A stretch of 64,000 nucleotides of DNA, taken from NCBI GenBank assembly GCA_026415435.1, contig JAOAHC010000040.1, forward strand, positions 137,456-201,455, given 5' to 3'. The position numbers were made by a program, and so were the translations under genes. Origin of the DNA: Clostridia bacterium. Lineage in GTDB: Bacteria; Bacillota; Clostridia; TANB77; CAG-465. The notes under the pieces are model-generated. The model saw nothing but the letters and a program-made list of their open reading frames with translations, made no database searches and was not told where the DNA came from. This document shows positions 51,527 through 61,065 of this stretch, one piece after another (the stretch's first letter is position 1; every line of letters begins with the position of its first letter).

Positions 51527-52912
51527 CTATATTTCAAACTTATCACTGAACCATTTGTCTAACTCAGATATTTTCACTCTAACTTGTTCCATTGTATCTC
51601 TAGATCTTATAGTAACAGATTCATCATTGTCACTTTCAAAATCATATGTAATACAATATGGTGTTCCTATTTCATCATATCTTCTATATCTTTTTCCTAT
51701 ACTTTGAGATTCATCCATATCACACATATATTTTTTAGATAAAGTTTCATAAATTTTATTTGCTTTTTCACTTAATTTTTTAGATAACGGAAGTATACCT
51801 ATTTTTATAGGAGCAAGGAATGGATGTAATTTTAAAACTACTCTTGTATCTTCCTCACTTATATTCTCTTCCTCATATGCATTGCATAAAAATGCTAGTG
51901 CAACTCTATCACATCCAAGAGACGGCTCTATACAATATGGTACGTACTTTTCGCCTGTTTCTTGATCTGTGTAACTTAAATCTTCTCCAGAAAATTTTGT
52001 GTGTTGTTTTAAATCAAAGTCTGTTCTATCTGCAATTCCCCATAACTCTCCAAAACCAAAAGGAAATCTAAATTCAATATCTGTAGTAGCGTTACTATAA
52101 TGTGAAAGTTCTTCTTTTTCATGATCTCTTAGACGTATATTTTCTTCTTTCATTCCTAAATTCAATAGCCAATTATTACAAAAATCTTTCCAGTAGCTAT
52201 GCCACTGCATATCTTCACCTGGTTTGCAGAAAAATTCCAACTCCATTTGTTCAAATTCACGTATTCTAAATATGAAGTTACCTGGTGTAATTTCATTTCT
52301 AAAAGACTTACCTATTTGGGCTATACCAAAAGGAACTTTTTTTCTTGTTGTTCTAAGTACATTTTTAAAATCAACAAATATTCCTTGTGCAGTTTCTGGT
52401 CTTAGATAAACTACTGCTTGTGAATCCTCTGTAACACCTTGAAATGTCTTAAACATAAGATTAAACTTACGTATATCTGTATAATTATGTTTACCACATT
52501 TAGGACAAATAATATTATATTTATTTAATATTTCAATAAGTTCTTGATCTGTCATTCCATCTGATACTTTTATATCTAATTTATTATCAAAAGCATACTC
52601 TTCTATTATCTTATCTGCTCTAAATCTTGACTTACATTCTTTACAATCAATAAGCGGATCAGAAAAACCACCTATGTGTCCTGAAGCTTCCCAAGTTTTA
52701 GGGTTCATTAATATTGCAGCATCTAATCCAACATTATATCTGCTTTCTTGAACAAATTTTTTCCACCAAGCTTTTTTTATGTTGTTTTTAAACTCAACTC
52801 CTAATGGACCATAATCCCAAGAATTTGCAAGTCCTCCGTATATTTCAGAACCTGAATATATATATCCTCTTGATTTACATAGATTAACAATTTTCTCCAT
52901 AGAATCTACCAT
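51527..52912 (-). CDS. glyQS: Glycyl-tRNA synthetase (alpha2 type)
   Basis: [43 protein letters not shown]. Confidence 0.97.
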   Translation of the reverse strand: MVDSMEKIVNLCKSRGYIYSGSEIYGGLANSWDYGPLGVEFKNNIKKAWWKKFVQESRYNVGLDAAILMNPKTWEASGHIGGFSDPLIDCKECKSRFRADKIIEEYAFDNKLDIKVSDGMTDQELIEILNKYNIICPKCGKHNYTDIRKFNLMFKTFQGVTEDSQAVVYLRPETAQGIFVDFKNVLRTTRKKVPFGIAQIGKSFRNEITPGNFIFRIREFEQMELEFFCKPGEDMQWHSYWKDFCNNWLLNLGMKEENIRLRDHEKEELSHYSNATTDIEFRFPFGFGELWGIADRTDFDLKQHTKFSGEDLSYTDQETGEKYVPYCIEPSLGCDRVALAFLCNAYEEENISEEDTRVVLKLHPFLAPIKIGILPLSKKLSEKANKIYETLSKKYMCDMDESQSIGKRYRRYDEIGTPYCITYDFESDNDESVTIRSRDTMEQVRVKISELDKWFSDKFEI

Positions 52913-52943
52913 TTAATTTCCTCCTTATAAGTTACACATTAGT

Positions 52944-53744
52944 CTAGTCTATAACTACATCTATTGTGCCATGACTTTTATCAACAATATCGCCTTCATT
53001 AAAAATTATATGAAATACTCCATCTTTTATATAGAAATTTTCAAGACCAGTATAAGTATATGCGTAGTCTGCCTCACTTATCATTGATTTAGAAATAACA
53101 TTTTCTTTTATCTTTTCTTTAATTTTAGTTTTGCAGTCTGAACCTATTTTATCAACTATAATATCGCTTTGTTTAATTAAAGTTTTAGTAGAAAAATCAA
53201 TATTGTATGTATTTATTTTATCCCATATACTTGTTTGTAGCTTATCATCGATAACCCTATCATGTATTGTTATAGATAATATTCTTCTGTTACCTATAAC
53301 ATTATCATACATATTATATGATACCTTATATGTAAATTTATTGTCTAATTTGTCAACATCTGATTTTAAAGTAGTAAATAAAGAATTATATTTATTTTTA
53401 ATCTCTGTGTTTAAATCAGATAGTTCTTCATCTCCTATATTAATTTTAGGTAAAATAATATTTCCTTTAAATTTTTGGTTTGAAGAATCATTTATATTTT
53501 CATCTACTACTTTATATTTAATATCTTTTATTGCATCAATATCAAGACTTGTAGCTTTTGAATCCACATCAATTAAACTTTGCATATTTGAACTGTTATT
53601 TCCTACTATTACAGGATCTTTTTCAGTTGAAATTGCAAAATATATTACTAAACATCCTAATATTAAAAAAAGCGTAATAAAAATAACTACTGCTTTCGAA
53701 CTTTTCTTAGTTTCTCTATACCTCATTGTTTCCATTAATATCAC
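52944..53744 (-). CDS. Membrane-anchored extracellular hypothetical protein
   Basis: N-terminal TM helix; P.I...LN.EI and TYNID/NFYI patterns recall DUF3298/DUF4163-type domains. Confidence 0.6.
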   Translation of the reverse strand: MILMETMRYRETKKSSKAVVIFITLFLILGCLVIYFAISTEKDPVIVGNNSSNMQSLIDVDSKATSLDIDAIKDIKYKVVDENINDSSNQKFKGNIILPKINIGDEELSDLNTEIKNKYNSLFTTLKSDVDKLDNKFTYKVSYNMYDNVIGNRRILSITIHDRVIDDKLQTSIWDKINTYNIDFSTKTLIKQSDIIVDKIGSDCKTKIKEKIKENVISKSMISEADYAYTYTGLENFYIKDGVFHIIFNEGDIVDKSHGTIDVVID

Positions 53745-53841
53745 CTGCGTATATTTTACTATATTATTACATTTTTTTCAACATAAAGATAAGATTTTGC
53801 CTAAAAAACACAAAATCTTATCCATTAATATACTAAAAAAT

Positions 53842-54655
53842 TTATTTACTTATTCCTTTTATATTTATATTTATACCAAATATATTTATACCTGTAGCAT
53901 TATCCACTGCATAAACCACTGTATTTCTTATTTTGCCACTTAATTTCGGGATATTAGTACCAAATTTTATTTCAATATCAATATCTAGTTTCATACCATC
54001 TATATATTTATTTGTTAAAACTTTCTGTACTTTGGTAACACCCTCAACTCTTTCTACAACATAAGATATTATGCTATTAATGGCCCTTTCAGAAATAACA
54101 TAATTACCAAGATAACTAAATGTAGGTCGTATTATACTTTTTTCAGATATATCTTCCTCACCATTTTTTGAGAAAATATTAAGTATTCTAAGAGGGTCTA
54201 AAAAGTATCCTGAAAATTGTTCCTTTATTTCAAACGTTGGAACTGGTACTACATGCTTTCCCTCTTCAAACCTAGATTTTCTAGCATCTTCCATTTCTTC
54301 TTTGGTAGCAACATCTTCTATATATATTTTTTTATATATACTTCCCAAATTTAAATTTTCTGCTATTCTTTGAACCATATCATCAGAAGTACCAAGTATC
54401 AATATTTTGTCAGGATCCTCTGAAATAATCTTAGATTTCATATCATTTCTTCTAGTTTCGTCAGTAAATATTGCAGCCTTAACAGAAGCTATTTTAGTAG
54501 CTTCTGTTTTGGCAGATTTTCCAGCTATTACTTTGGTATCTTTTACAAGTATAGCATCATCAATTATATATTTTATTTTATATTTTCTTGCAACAATTTG
54601 TGCTCTATAACTTTTACCTGTACCGTGTTTTTCCTATGAATGCATATACTTGCAT
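53842..54655 (-). CDS. P-loop NTPase fused to an Asp23/Gls24 domain, about 270 aa, interrupted by one extra base at 54625 (frameshift)
   Basis: GAGGTG RBS and ATG at 54655 give MQVYAFIGKT; the +1 frame continues GTGKSYRAQ...IIDD...AGKSAK in frame with ORF 53842..54441 (ILGTS, GKHVVPVP, Asp23-like tail). Confidence 0.85.
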
Positions 54656-54685
54656 TTAATATTTCACCTCAAAATAACCTTATAC

Positions 54686-56788
54686 TTAATCTATGTTTTT
54701 AGCACTTAGACAGAATTTACCTTCTTCTTTATTTATTTCAATAACTTTTACTAGTAATTCATCTCCTACTTTTAAAACATCTTCAACTTTATTTACTCTT
54801 TCGCTTGAAATTTTAGAAATATGTAATAAACCTTCTTTTCCTGGCAATACCTCAACTAATGCTCCAAATTGAAGTATTTTTGTTACTTTACCCATATATA
54901 CTTCATTTAATTCAACGTCTCTTGTTAAAGATATAATTATTTCAATAGCTCTGCTTATTTTTTCTTGTTCAACACCAGAAACAAATACTGTTCCATTATC
55001 TTCAATGTCTATTTTAACACCAGTTTCTTCAATAATTTTATTTATAACTTTTCCACCAGCACCTATTACATCTCTGATTTTCTCAGGATTTATGCTTATT
55101 GTTTCAATCTTAGGAGCATATTTAGATAGTTGTTCACGTGGTTTGTCTATAGCTTTTAACATTACTTCATCTAGTATATATTGTCTTGCTATATTTGTTC
55201 TTCTAAACGCTTCTTCTATTATTTCGTATGTAAGACCGTCTATTTTAATATCAACTTGAATAGCAGTTATACCTTTTTTTGTACCTGCAACTTTAAAGTC
55301 CATATCTCCAAAAAAGTCTTCTATTCCTTGTATATCTGTTACCATTATATAGTCTGTAGTATCATCTTCTTTAGTAAATAATCCTGTTGAAATACCAGCA
55401 ACTGGTGCTTTAATAGGTACACCAGCGTCCATTAGAGCAAGGGTAGAACCACAAACACTTCCTTGAGAAGTTGATCCATTTGAACTCAATGTCTCTGAAA
55501 CAACCCTAATTGTATATGGGAATTCTTCTTTAGAAGGTATTACCGTTTCTAAAGCACGTTCCGCTAATGCCCCATGTCCAACTTCACGTCTACCAGGTGC
55601 ACGAGTAGGTCTTGCCTCACCAACACTATATGGTGGGAAGTTATAGTGATGAATATATCTTTTTGATAATTCTTCATCTAATCCATCTAAAGTTTGTTCT
55701 TCCGAAACCGTACCAAGTGTAACTACTGATAGAACTTGTGTCTGTCCTCTACTAAATAGAGCACTACCATGTGTCCTTGCAAAAATACCAACTTCTGCAT
55801 TAAGTTGTCTAATTTCATCTAATGCTCTTCCATCTGGTCTTTTGTTTTCATTTATTACAAGATTTCTAACAATTTTTTTCTCTATCTTATATAATGTCTC
55901 TGAAATCATAGATTTATTTTTTTTATACTCTTCTTCACTATGATTTTTAGTATATGTTTCTACTACTTCAGCCGAAATTTTAGATATCTTTTCATCTCTT
56001 ACAGTTTTATCAGTTTGACAAACTGCATCATACATTTTATTTCCTATAATAGTTTTTATTTCATTATATAATTCTTCTGGGATTTCAAATGATTTGTAAC
56101 TTGCTTTTGGTTTACCGATATCAGCTTTTATTTCATCAATAAATTTACATGCCTTTTTAATTTCACTATGAGCTAGTTTTATAGCTTCAAGCATTGTTGC
56201 ATCATCAACTTCATGTGCACCTGCTTCAATCATACATACTTTATCGTAAGTTGCAGCAACCGTTAAATCTAGAGTTGATTTTTCTCTTTGTTCTAAATTT
56301 GGATTTAATACAAGATTACCGTCCACAAGACCTACTTTTATTGAAGCTACAGCTACATTAAATGGTATATCTGAAATATTAAGTGCTATTGCAGAACCTA
56401 TCATTGCAGGAACTTCAGGAAGCACATCCGGATCAACACACATTGCAGCTGCATTTATAGCCGTATCATTTCTATAATCTTTTGGAAATAACGGTCTAAT
56501 TGGCCTATCAATAACTCTTGAAACCAAAACTGCTTTTTCTGATGGTTTACCTTCACGTTTTATAAAGCCACCTGGTATTTTACCTACAGCATATAGTCTT
56601 TCTTCGTAATCTACAGAAAGCGGTAAAAAATCTATTCCCTCCCTTGGTTCTTTTGACATAGTTACATTTACAAGTACTGCTGTATCATCGTAACGTACAA
56701 GACAAGAACCATTAGAAAGACCTGCCATTTTACCTGTCTCAACAATAAGTTTTCTTCCAGCATAATCTAGTTCAAACTTTTTAAACAT
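54686..56788 (-). CDS. pnp: Polyribonucleotide nucleotidyltransferase
   Basis: FLPLSVDY, RPDGR, RREVGHG, SNGSTS, GDMDFKVAG, KH and S1 domains. Confidence 0.98.
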   Translation of the reverse strand: MFKKFELDYAGRKLIVETGKMAGLSNGSCLVRYDDTAVLVNVTMSKEPREGIDFLPLSVDYEERLYAVGKIPGGFIKREGKPSEKAVLVSRVIDRPIRPLFPKDYRNDTAINAAAMCVDPDVLPEVPAMIGSAIALNISDIPFNVAVASIKVGLVDGNLVLNPNLEQREKSTLDLTVAATYDKVCMIEAGAHEVDDATMLEAIKLAHSEIKKACKFIDEIKADIGKPKASYKSFEIPEELYNEIKTIIGNKMYDAVCQTDKTVRDEKISKISAEVVETYTKNHSEEEYKKNKSMISETLYKIEKKIVRNLVINENKRPDGRALDEIRQLNAEVGIFARTHGSALFSRGQTQVLSVVTLGTVSEEQTLDGLDEELSKRYIHHYNFPPYSVGEARPTRAPGRREVGHGALAERALETVIPSKEEFPYTIRVVSETLSSNGSTSQGSVCGSTLALMDAGVPIKAPVAGISTGLFTKEDDTTDYIMVTDIQGIEDFFGDMDFKVAGTKKGITAIQVDIKIDGLTYEIIEEAFRRTNIARQYILDEVMLKAIDKPREQLSKYAPKIETISINPEKIRDVIGAGGKVINKIIEETGVKIDIEDNGTVFVSGVEQEKISRAIEIIISLTRDVELNEVYMGKVTKILQFGALVEVLPGKEGLLHISKISSERVNKVEDVLKVGDELLVKVIEINKEEGKFCLSAKNID

Positions 56789-56901
56789 AAAATTTCCTCC
56801 TTAAAACTTATTAAATAAAAAGATGTAATAATAACTTCTAAAAACATGTAGATACTTTTACAAGTTATTACTACATAAATCTTTCTTATTTAATTTAGTA
56901 T

Positions 56902-56930
56902 ATTATACTATATTAGTATTTAATTATCAA
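56902..56930 (-). promoter_or_regulatory. SigA promoter of pnp
   Basis: TTGATA, 17 bp spacer, TATAAT. Confidence 0.7.
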
Positions 56931-57078
56931 TGAATTGGAATAAAATATTTATCTATACTCTACAATTTACAATATTTTCTAACACTTAATAATATTTTTC
57001 TTATTATTTGAGGTGAATATACAAAAACACAAAAAGTTATATAATACATATAACTACATATCATATAACTTTTTTCAA

Positions 57079-58143
57079 TTATTTTGTTTTATTTATAATT
57101 AGTTGTACCATATTATCACTAATATTAATTTCTACTTTTTTTACTGATATTACTATACATTTAAATAAGTATATATCACCTTTATCAATCATATTTACCT
57201 TATCACTATTTAAATTAAAATACCAGTTGTTTTCATCTTCTGTTAGTGTAAGTCCGATTATTTCTCCATCATTTACATATTTAATAAGTTTACGTATAAA
57301 TTCACATATTATAAATATAGTATCGTTTATTCTACCAGTTAAATAAGTTTCTGATTTTAATATGATTTTCTTATCAAGAATAATGTTTTTACTTCTAATT
57401 TCAGATTTTAGTATAAGTTCAACTATTTCCATAATATCTTTATCAAGTATAACATCATCATTTTCATCAGAATTCACTTGATTTATTACAGCTGTTAAAA
57501 TCTTATCTATTCTTTCTAGGTAATCTTTATTATTGTTTGAGAATTTACTTATTTGTGCAATTTTCTCAGGATCAACACCAATTCCTTTTGCTTCTGCAAT
57601 TAGCATATTAGAATATTCAATACCTGCACCTATTGACATAAGTGTAGACTTTATTTCTGTAGCTATTCCAGACATAAGGTTACCTATTGCTGTACTTCTA
57701 TATTTAGTTAAAGCTATTTCATTTTGTTGATTAAATATTTTAACAGCAGATATTAATTCTAGATTTAATCTATCAATTCCTTCAGTCTTATCATGATAAT
57801 TTTGTATATTTAATTTTTGCATAGATTCAATTGGTGGTTTTTGACCAGAAAATCCTGTTTGTAATATTATTATAACTTCTTTATTTTTCTCTCTTATTTT
57901 ATTTATAAGTTCTTCACCTGACATTGAAGGCATAAAATAATCTATTAACATTATTTGATAATTTTTTGTCTTCATTATTTCAAGTGCATCAAAAGCATTT
58001 GTTACTTTATCAACTATATATCCTCTCATTTTTAAATAAGAATAAGTTACTCCTAAATAATCTTCATCATCATCTACCAACAGTACACTTATATTTTTTA
58101 TTAATTCTTCATACGATAACATATTTGCACCTCTTATTTTCAC
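57079..58143 (-). CDS. Receiver domain fused to a degenerate histidine-kinase-like region
   Basis: LLVDDD, IDYFMP..SG, QTG, DK receiver motifs; H-box-like IGNLMSGIATEIKSTL. Confidence 0.8.
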   Translation of the reverse strand: MKIRGANMLSYEELIKNISVLLVDDDEDYLGVTYSYLKMRGYIVDKVTNAFDALEIMKTKNYQIMLIDYFMPSMSGEELINKIREKNKEVIIILQTGFSGQKPPIESMQKLNIQNYHDKTEGIDRLNLELISAVKIFNQQNEIALTKYRSTAIGNLMSGIATEIKSTLMSIGAGIEYSNMLIAEAKGIGVDPEKIAQISKFSNNNKDYLERIDKILTAVINQVNSDENDDVILDKDIMEIVELILKSEIRSKNIILDKKIILKSETYLTGRINDTIFIICEFIRKLIKYVNDGEIIGLTLTEDENNWYFNLNSDKVNMIDKGDIYLFKCIVISVKKVEINISDNMVQLIINKTK

Positions 58144-58283
58144 ACAATTATTATATTACAAATTTTGATAAAATAAAAGAGATTTCACAAAATATTAACA
58201 AATATTTTAAAATATTTAAACATAAAAATAATTGATATCAAATAATGAACCAATTATTATATTTATTTTATTATATATTAAAT

Positions 58284-59096
58284 CTACTTAATAAACATTA
58301 CATTAAATAAAACTATTAATGCTAAAACTATTCTATATATTCCAAATATAGCAAAGTCATTTTTCTTTATAAATTTAAGCAGGAATTTAATACTTAATAT
58401 GCCTACAATTGCTGATACTAAAACACCAATTATTAGTTCTAGTGAAAAATATTTCAAAAACTCATCAAATTTTAATACTGTAGCACCAAATATAACTGGT
58501 ACTGATAATAGGAAAGTAAATTTTGCAGCTGCTTCACGAGACACTCCCATAAGTCTTGCCGTAAGTATTGTAGTGCCTGAACGCGAAAAACCTGGAATTA
58601 CCGCAAAAGCTTGCGAAATACCTATTAAAAAAGTTTGTTTTAATGTTAACTTTTCATATTCAACCTCTTTATTTTTAAACTTTCTCTCAGCATACTTATC
58701 ACCTAAGTATATTGCTATACCCATTATTCCAAGTGCTAGAGCTATTATAACGGGAGAATTTCTTAAAACACTTTCTATTTGTGATTCAAATAATTTTCCA
58801 ACAAGTGCACCTGGTATTGTAGCCGCAACTATATACCAAAACATTTTACCATTAAACGATTTTTTTCTTTTTACAGCAGAATCATATGCCCCTTTAAATA
58901 AATTTAACCAATCTTGCCAAAATACAGATAAAACTGCAATCAACGTACCAAAATGAAGCGCAATATCAAATGCAAGTGAATGTTCACTCCAATTAAATAA
59001 ATATGGAACAATTATTAAATGTGCAGAACTAGATATTGGTAAAAATTCTCCTATTCCTTGAATTATTCCTAAAACTATAGCTTGAAAAATATCCAT
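58284..59096 (-). CDS. uppP: Undecaprenyl-diphosphate phosphatase
   Basis: LGIIQG.GEFLPISSSAHL, HFGT, PGFSRSG.TI. Confidence 0.96.
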   Translation of the reverse strand: MDIFQAIVLGIIQGIGEFLPISSSAHLIIVPYLFNWSEHSLAFDIALHFGTLIAVLSVFWQDWLNLFKGAYDSAVKRKKSFNGKMFWYIVAATIPGALVGKLFESQIESVLRNSPVIIALALGIMGIAIYLGDKYAERKFKNKEVEYEKLTLKQTFLIGISQAFAVIPGFSRSGTTILTARLMGVSREAAAKFTFLLSVPVIFGATVLKFDEFLKYFSLELIIGVLVSAIVGILSIKFLLKFIKKNDFAIFGIYRIVLALIVLFNVMFIK

Positions 59097-59155
59097 TGTA
59101 TATTTACCCCTTTTCTTTTATATTAAATTTTATTAAGACAATATTATATTTATAC

Positions 59156-60118
59156 CTACATTAAAAGTAAAGATGAGATTACAAAGCAAATATATGTTAA
59201 TAGTAATGCAAATCCATCTTTCTTCTTTATTTTTTGTTGCGATGATAATTTATATAGAATAAGTCCAAATACTAACATAAATCCTATCTGAAAAAGCAAT
59301 GTATGAGTATAGTGTATTGGATGTATTACAGCAGCAATGCCTACTATTAGCATAATATTACTTACTCCACTTCCAACTGCATTTCCTAGTATTATATCAT
59401 ACTCTTTTTTCTTTGCAGCAACCAAGGCCGTACTAAGCTCTGGTAATGTTGTTCCTAATGCTACTATCGTTACACCAATAAACGCTTCACTAAGATTTAA
59501 TTTTTTTGCAATTTCAGTTGCCGAATCTACTACAAAATTTCCACCATATACTACAAATATAAGTCCTGTGGCTATAAATACAATTAAAGTTATAACACTA
59601 TTTTTTATTATATTTTCAGTATTATCTATATATTTTTCTTCAATTTCTATTAAATCTTCTTCATCTTTTTCACTTACTATACTTTTTGCTTTTTTTATTA
59701 GATGTCTCAGATATAATATAAAAATAATTAGAAATATAAAACCATCTACTAAGTTTAGCCCTCCACCCAGTATTAGTAAAGTAAGTAGTACTAGTTGAAC
59801 CAAGATCATACGCAAAACTTCATTTGTAATGGACTTTTTTACGTGTATTGAATGTATAAGTGCCGTAACACCTATACTTATTGCTATAGTTGAAATATTA
59901 CTACCAATGTTATTTGATAATGAAATCTGAGTACCTTTTAGTGATGAAACACACGCGATAGCAAATTCAGGCATACTAGTGCCTATTGATATTATAGTCA
60001 TTGATATTATCATTGTAGATATCTTAAGTTTCTTTGCTATTTTAACGCTTCCCTCTACAAGTAGATTAGCACCTACTATAAGCATTAAAAATCCAAGGAT
60101 CATCGTAACTAAAATCAT
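59156..60118 (-). CDS. Calcium/sodium antiporter (YrbG/CaCA family)
   Basis: Alpha repeats GTSMPE..NIGSN and GTTLPE..NAVGS. Confidence 0.92.
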   Translation of the reverse strand: MILVTMILGFLMLIVGANLLVEGSVKIAKKLKISTMIISMTIISIGTSMPEFAIACVSSLKGTQISLSNNIGSNISTIAISIGVTALIHSIHVKKSITNEVLRMILVQLVLLTLLILGGGLNLVDGFIFLIIFILYLRHLIKKAKSIVSEKDEEDLIEIEEKYIDNTENIIKNSVITLIVFIATGLIFVVYGGNFVVDSATEIAKKLNLSEAFIGVTIVALGTTLPELSTALVAAKKKEYDIILGNAVGSGVSNIMLIVGIAAVIHPIHYTHTLLFQIGFMLVFGLILYKLSSQQKIKKKDGFALLLTYICFVISSLLLM

Positions 60119-60250
60119 TATATTCTCCTTATCTTTTGTTTATAAATGTCAAAAAATATTACTTTTTATCTATAAAATAGATTATATGTTATATTTAAAA
60201 TTTTATCAACCCTTTAACTTAAAATATAAAATAAATTTGTATATAATTCT

Positions 60251-60988
60251 TTAAAAACTTAGGTACTTTGAATTAGCTTTTATCCATTTATCGTATTCAT
60301 CATAATTACTTATATATTTTTTTACCAACTCATAAAACATACTACTATGATTTGGATGAACTATATGACATAACTCATGTACTATAATTGCATCAACTAT
60401 ATTTTCAGGGAACATTATTAGTCTAGAACTAAAATTAAGAGACTTAGTTTTAGCTATACAACTGCCAAGTCTATATACTGAATCTCTTACTTTAAATGAA
60501 CTATATACAATACCTATTTTATTACTTATATCCGGAAGTCTTTTAGAAATCATATATATAGTATTATTTCTTAGTAATTTTTTAAATGTTTTATCAATGT
60601 ATTCTTTTTTTATCTCATCGTCTAAATCCTGTTGGGTTCTTATTTCAATTTTATTCTCTTCTAGTTTTATATTTATTTGAACTCTACTACTCTTGTTATC
60701 AATATTTATAACTTCGAAAAATCTTCCTTGATACATTATTTTTTCACCAGTATTCCAGTTATGAATTCCACTGTTACTATCATTAACTATACTTATATAT
60801 TGTTTATATATTTCTTTTTCATTTAGTTTTATAAATTTCAAAACTTCTTTGTATTTTATATACCTAGGTTTACTAACTTTTAATACGTTATTTTTGAAAT
60901 ATAGGTTTAAATTAGAAGTATTTGTATAGCTTCTCATATTTACTAATATTTTTTTATCTTCTATTTCTACATAAAATTTACTCACCAT
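60251..60988 (-). CDS. YgjP/DUF45 (M48-like) zinc-dependent protein
   Basis: R.GSC, IIVHELCH..HPNHS..FY. Confidence 0.9.
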   Translation of the reverse strand: MVSKFYVEIEDKKILVNMRSYTNTSNLNLYFKNNVLKVSKPRYIKYKEVLKFIKLNEKEIYKQYISIVNDSNSGIHNWNTGEKIMYQGRFFEVINIDNKSSRVQINIKLEENKIEIRTQQDLDDEIKKEYIDKTFKKLLRNNTIYMISKRLPDISNKIGIVYSSFKVRDSVYRLGSCIAKTKSLNFSSRLIMFPENIVDAIIVHELCHIVHPNHSSMFYELVKKYISNYDEYDKWIKANSKYLSF

Positions 60989-61020
60989 TTTATTTCTCCA
61001 AAATGTTAAAAATTAAGTAA

Positions 61021-61059
61021 ATAGTATGGAACTGATATTACTATCATTTTCCATACTAT
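61021..61059 (-). terminator. Terminator-like hairpin after the PBP gene
   Basis: ATAGTATGGAA...TTCCATACTAT. Confidence 0.6.
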
Positions 61060-61065
61060 AAATTA

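Noticed and set aside
52912..52944. T-box leader for glyQS (or for lysS)
   Set aside because: The upstream gaps are only about 30 bp and 11 bp, with no T-box motif.
53131..53943. 270-aa plus-strand ORF and the many other antisense ORFs in the track
   Set aside because: They are shadows of well-supported genes on the opposite strand, with no RBS or recognisable motifs.
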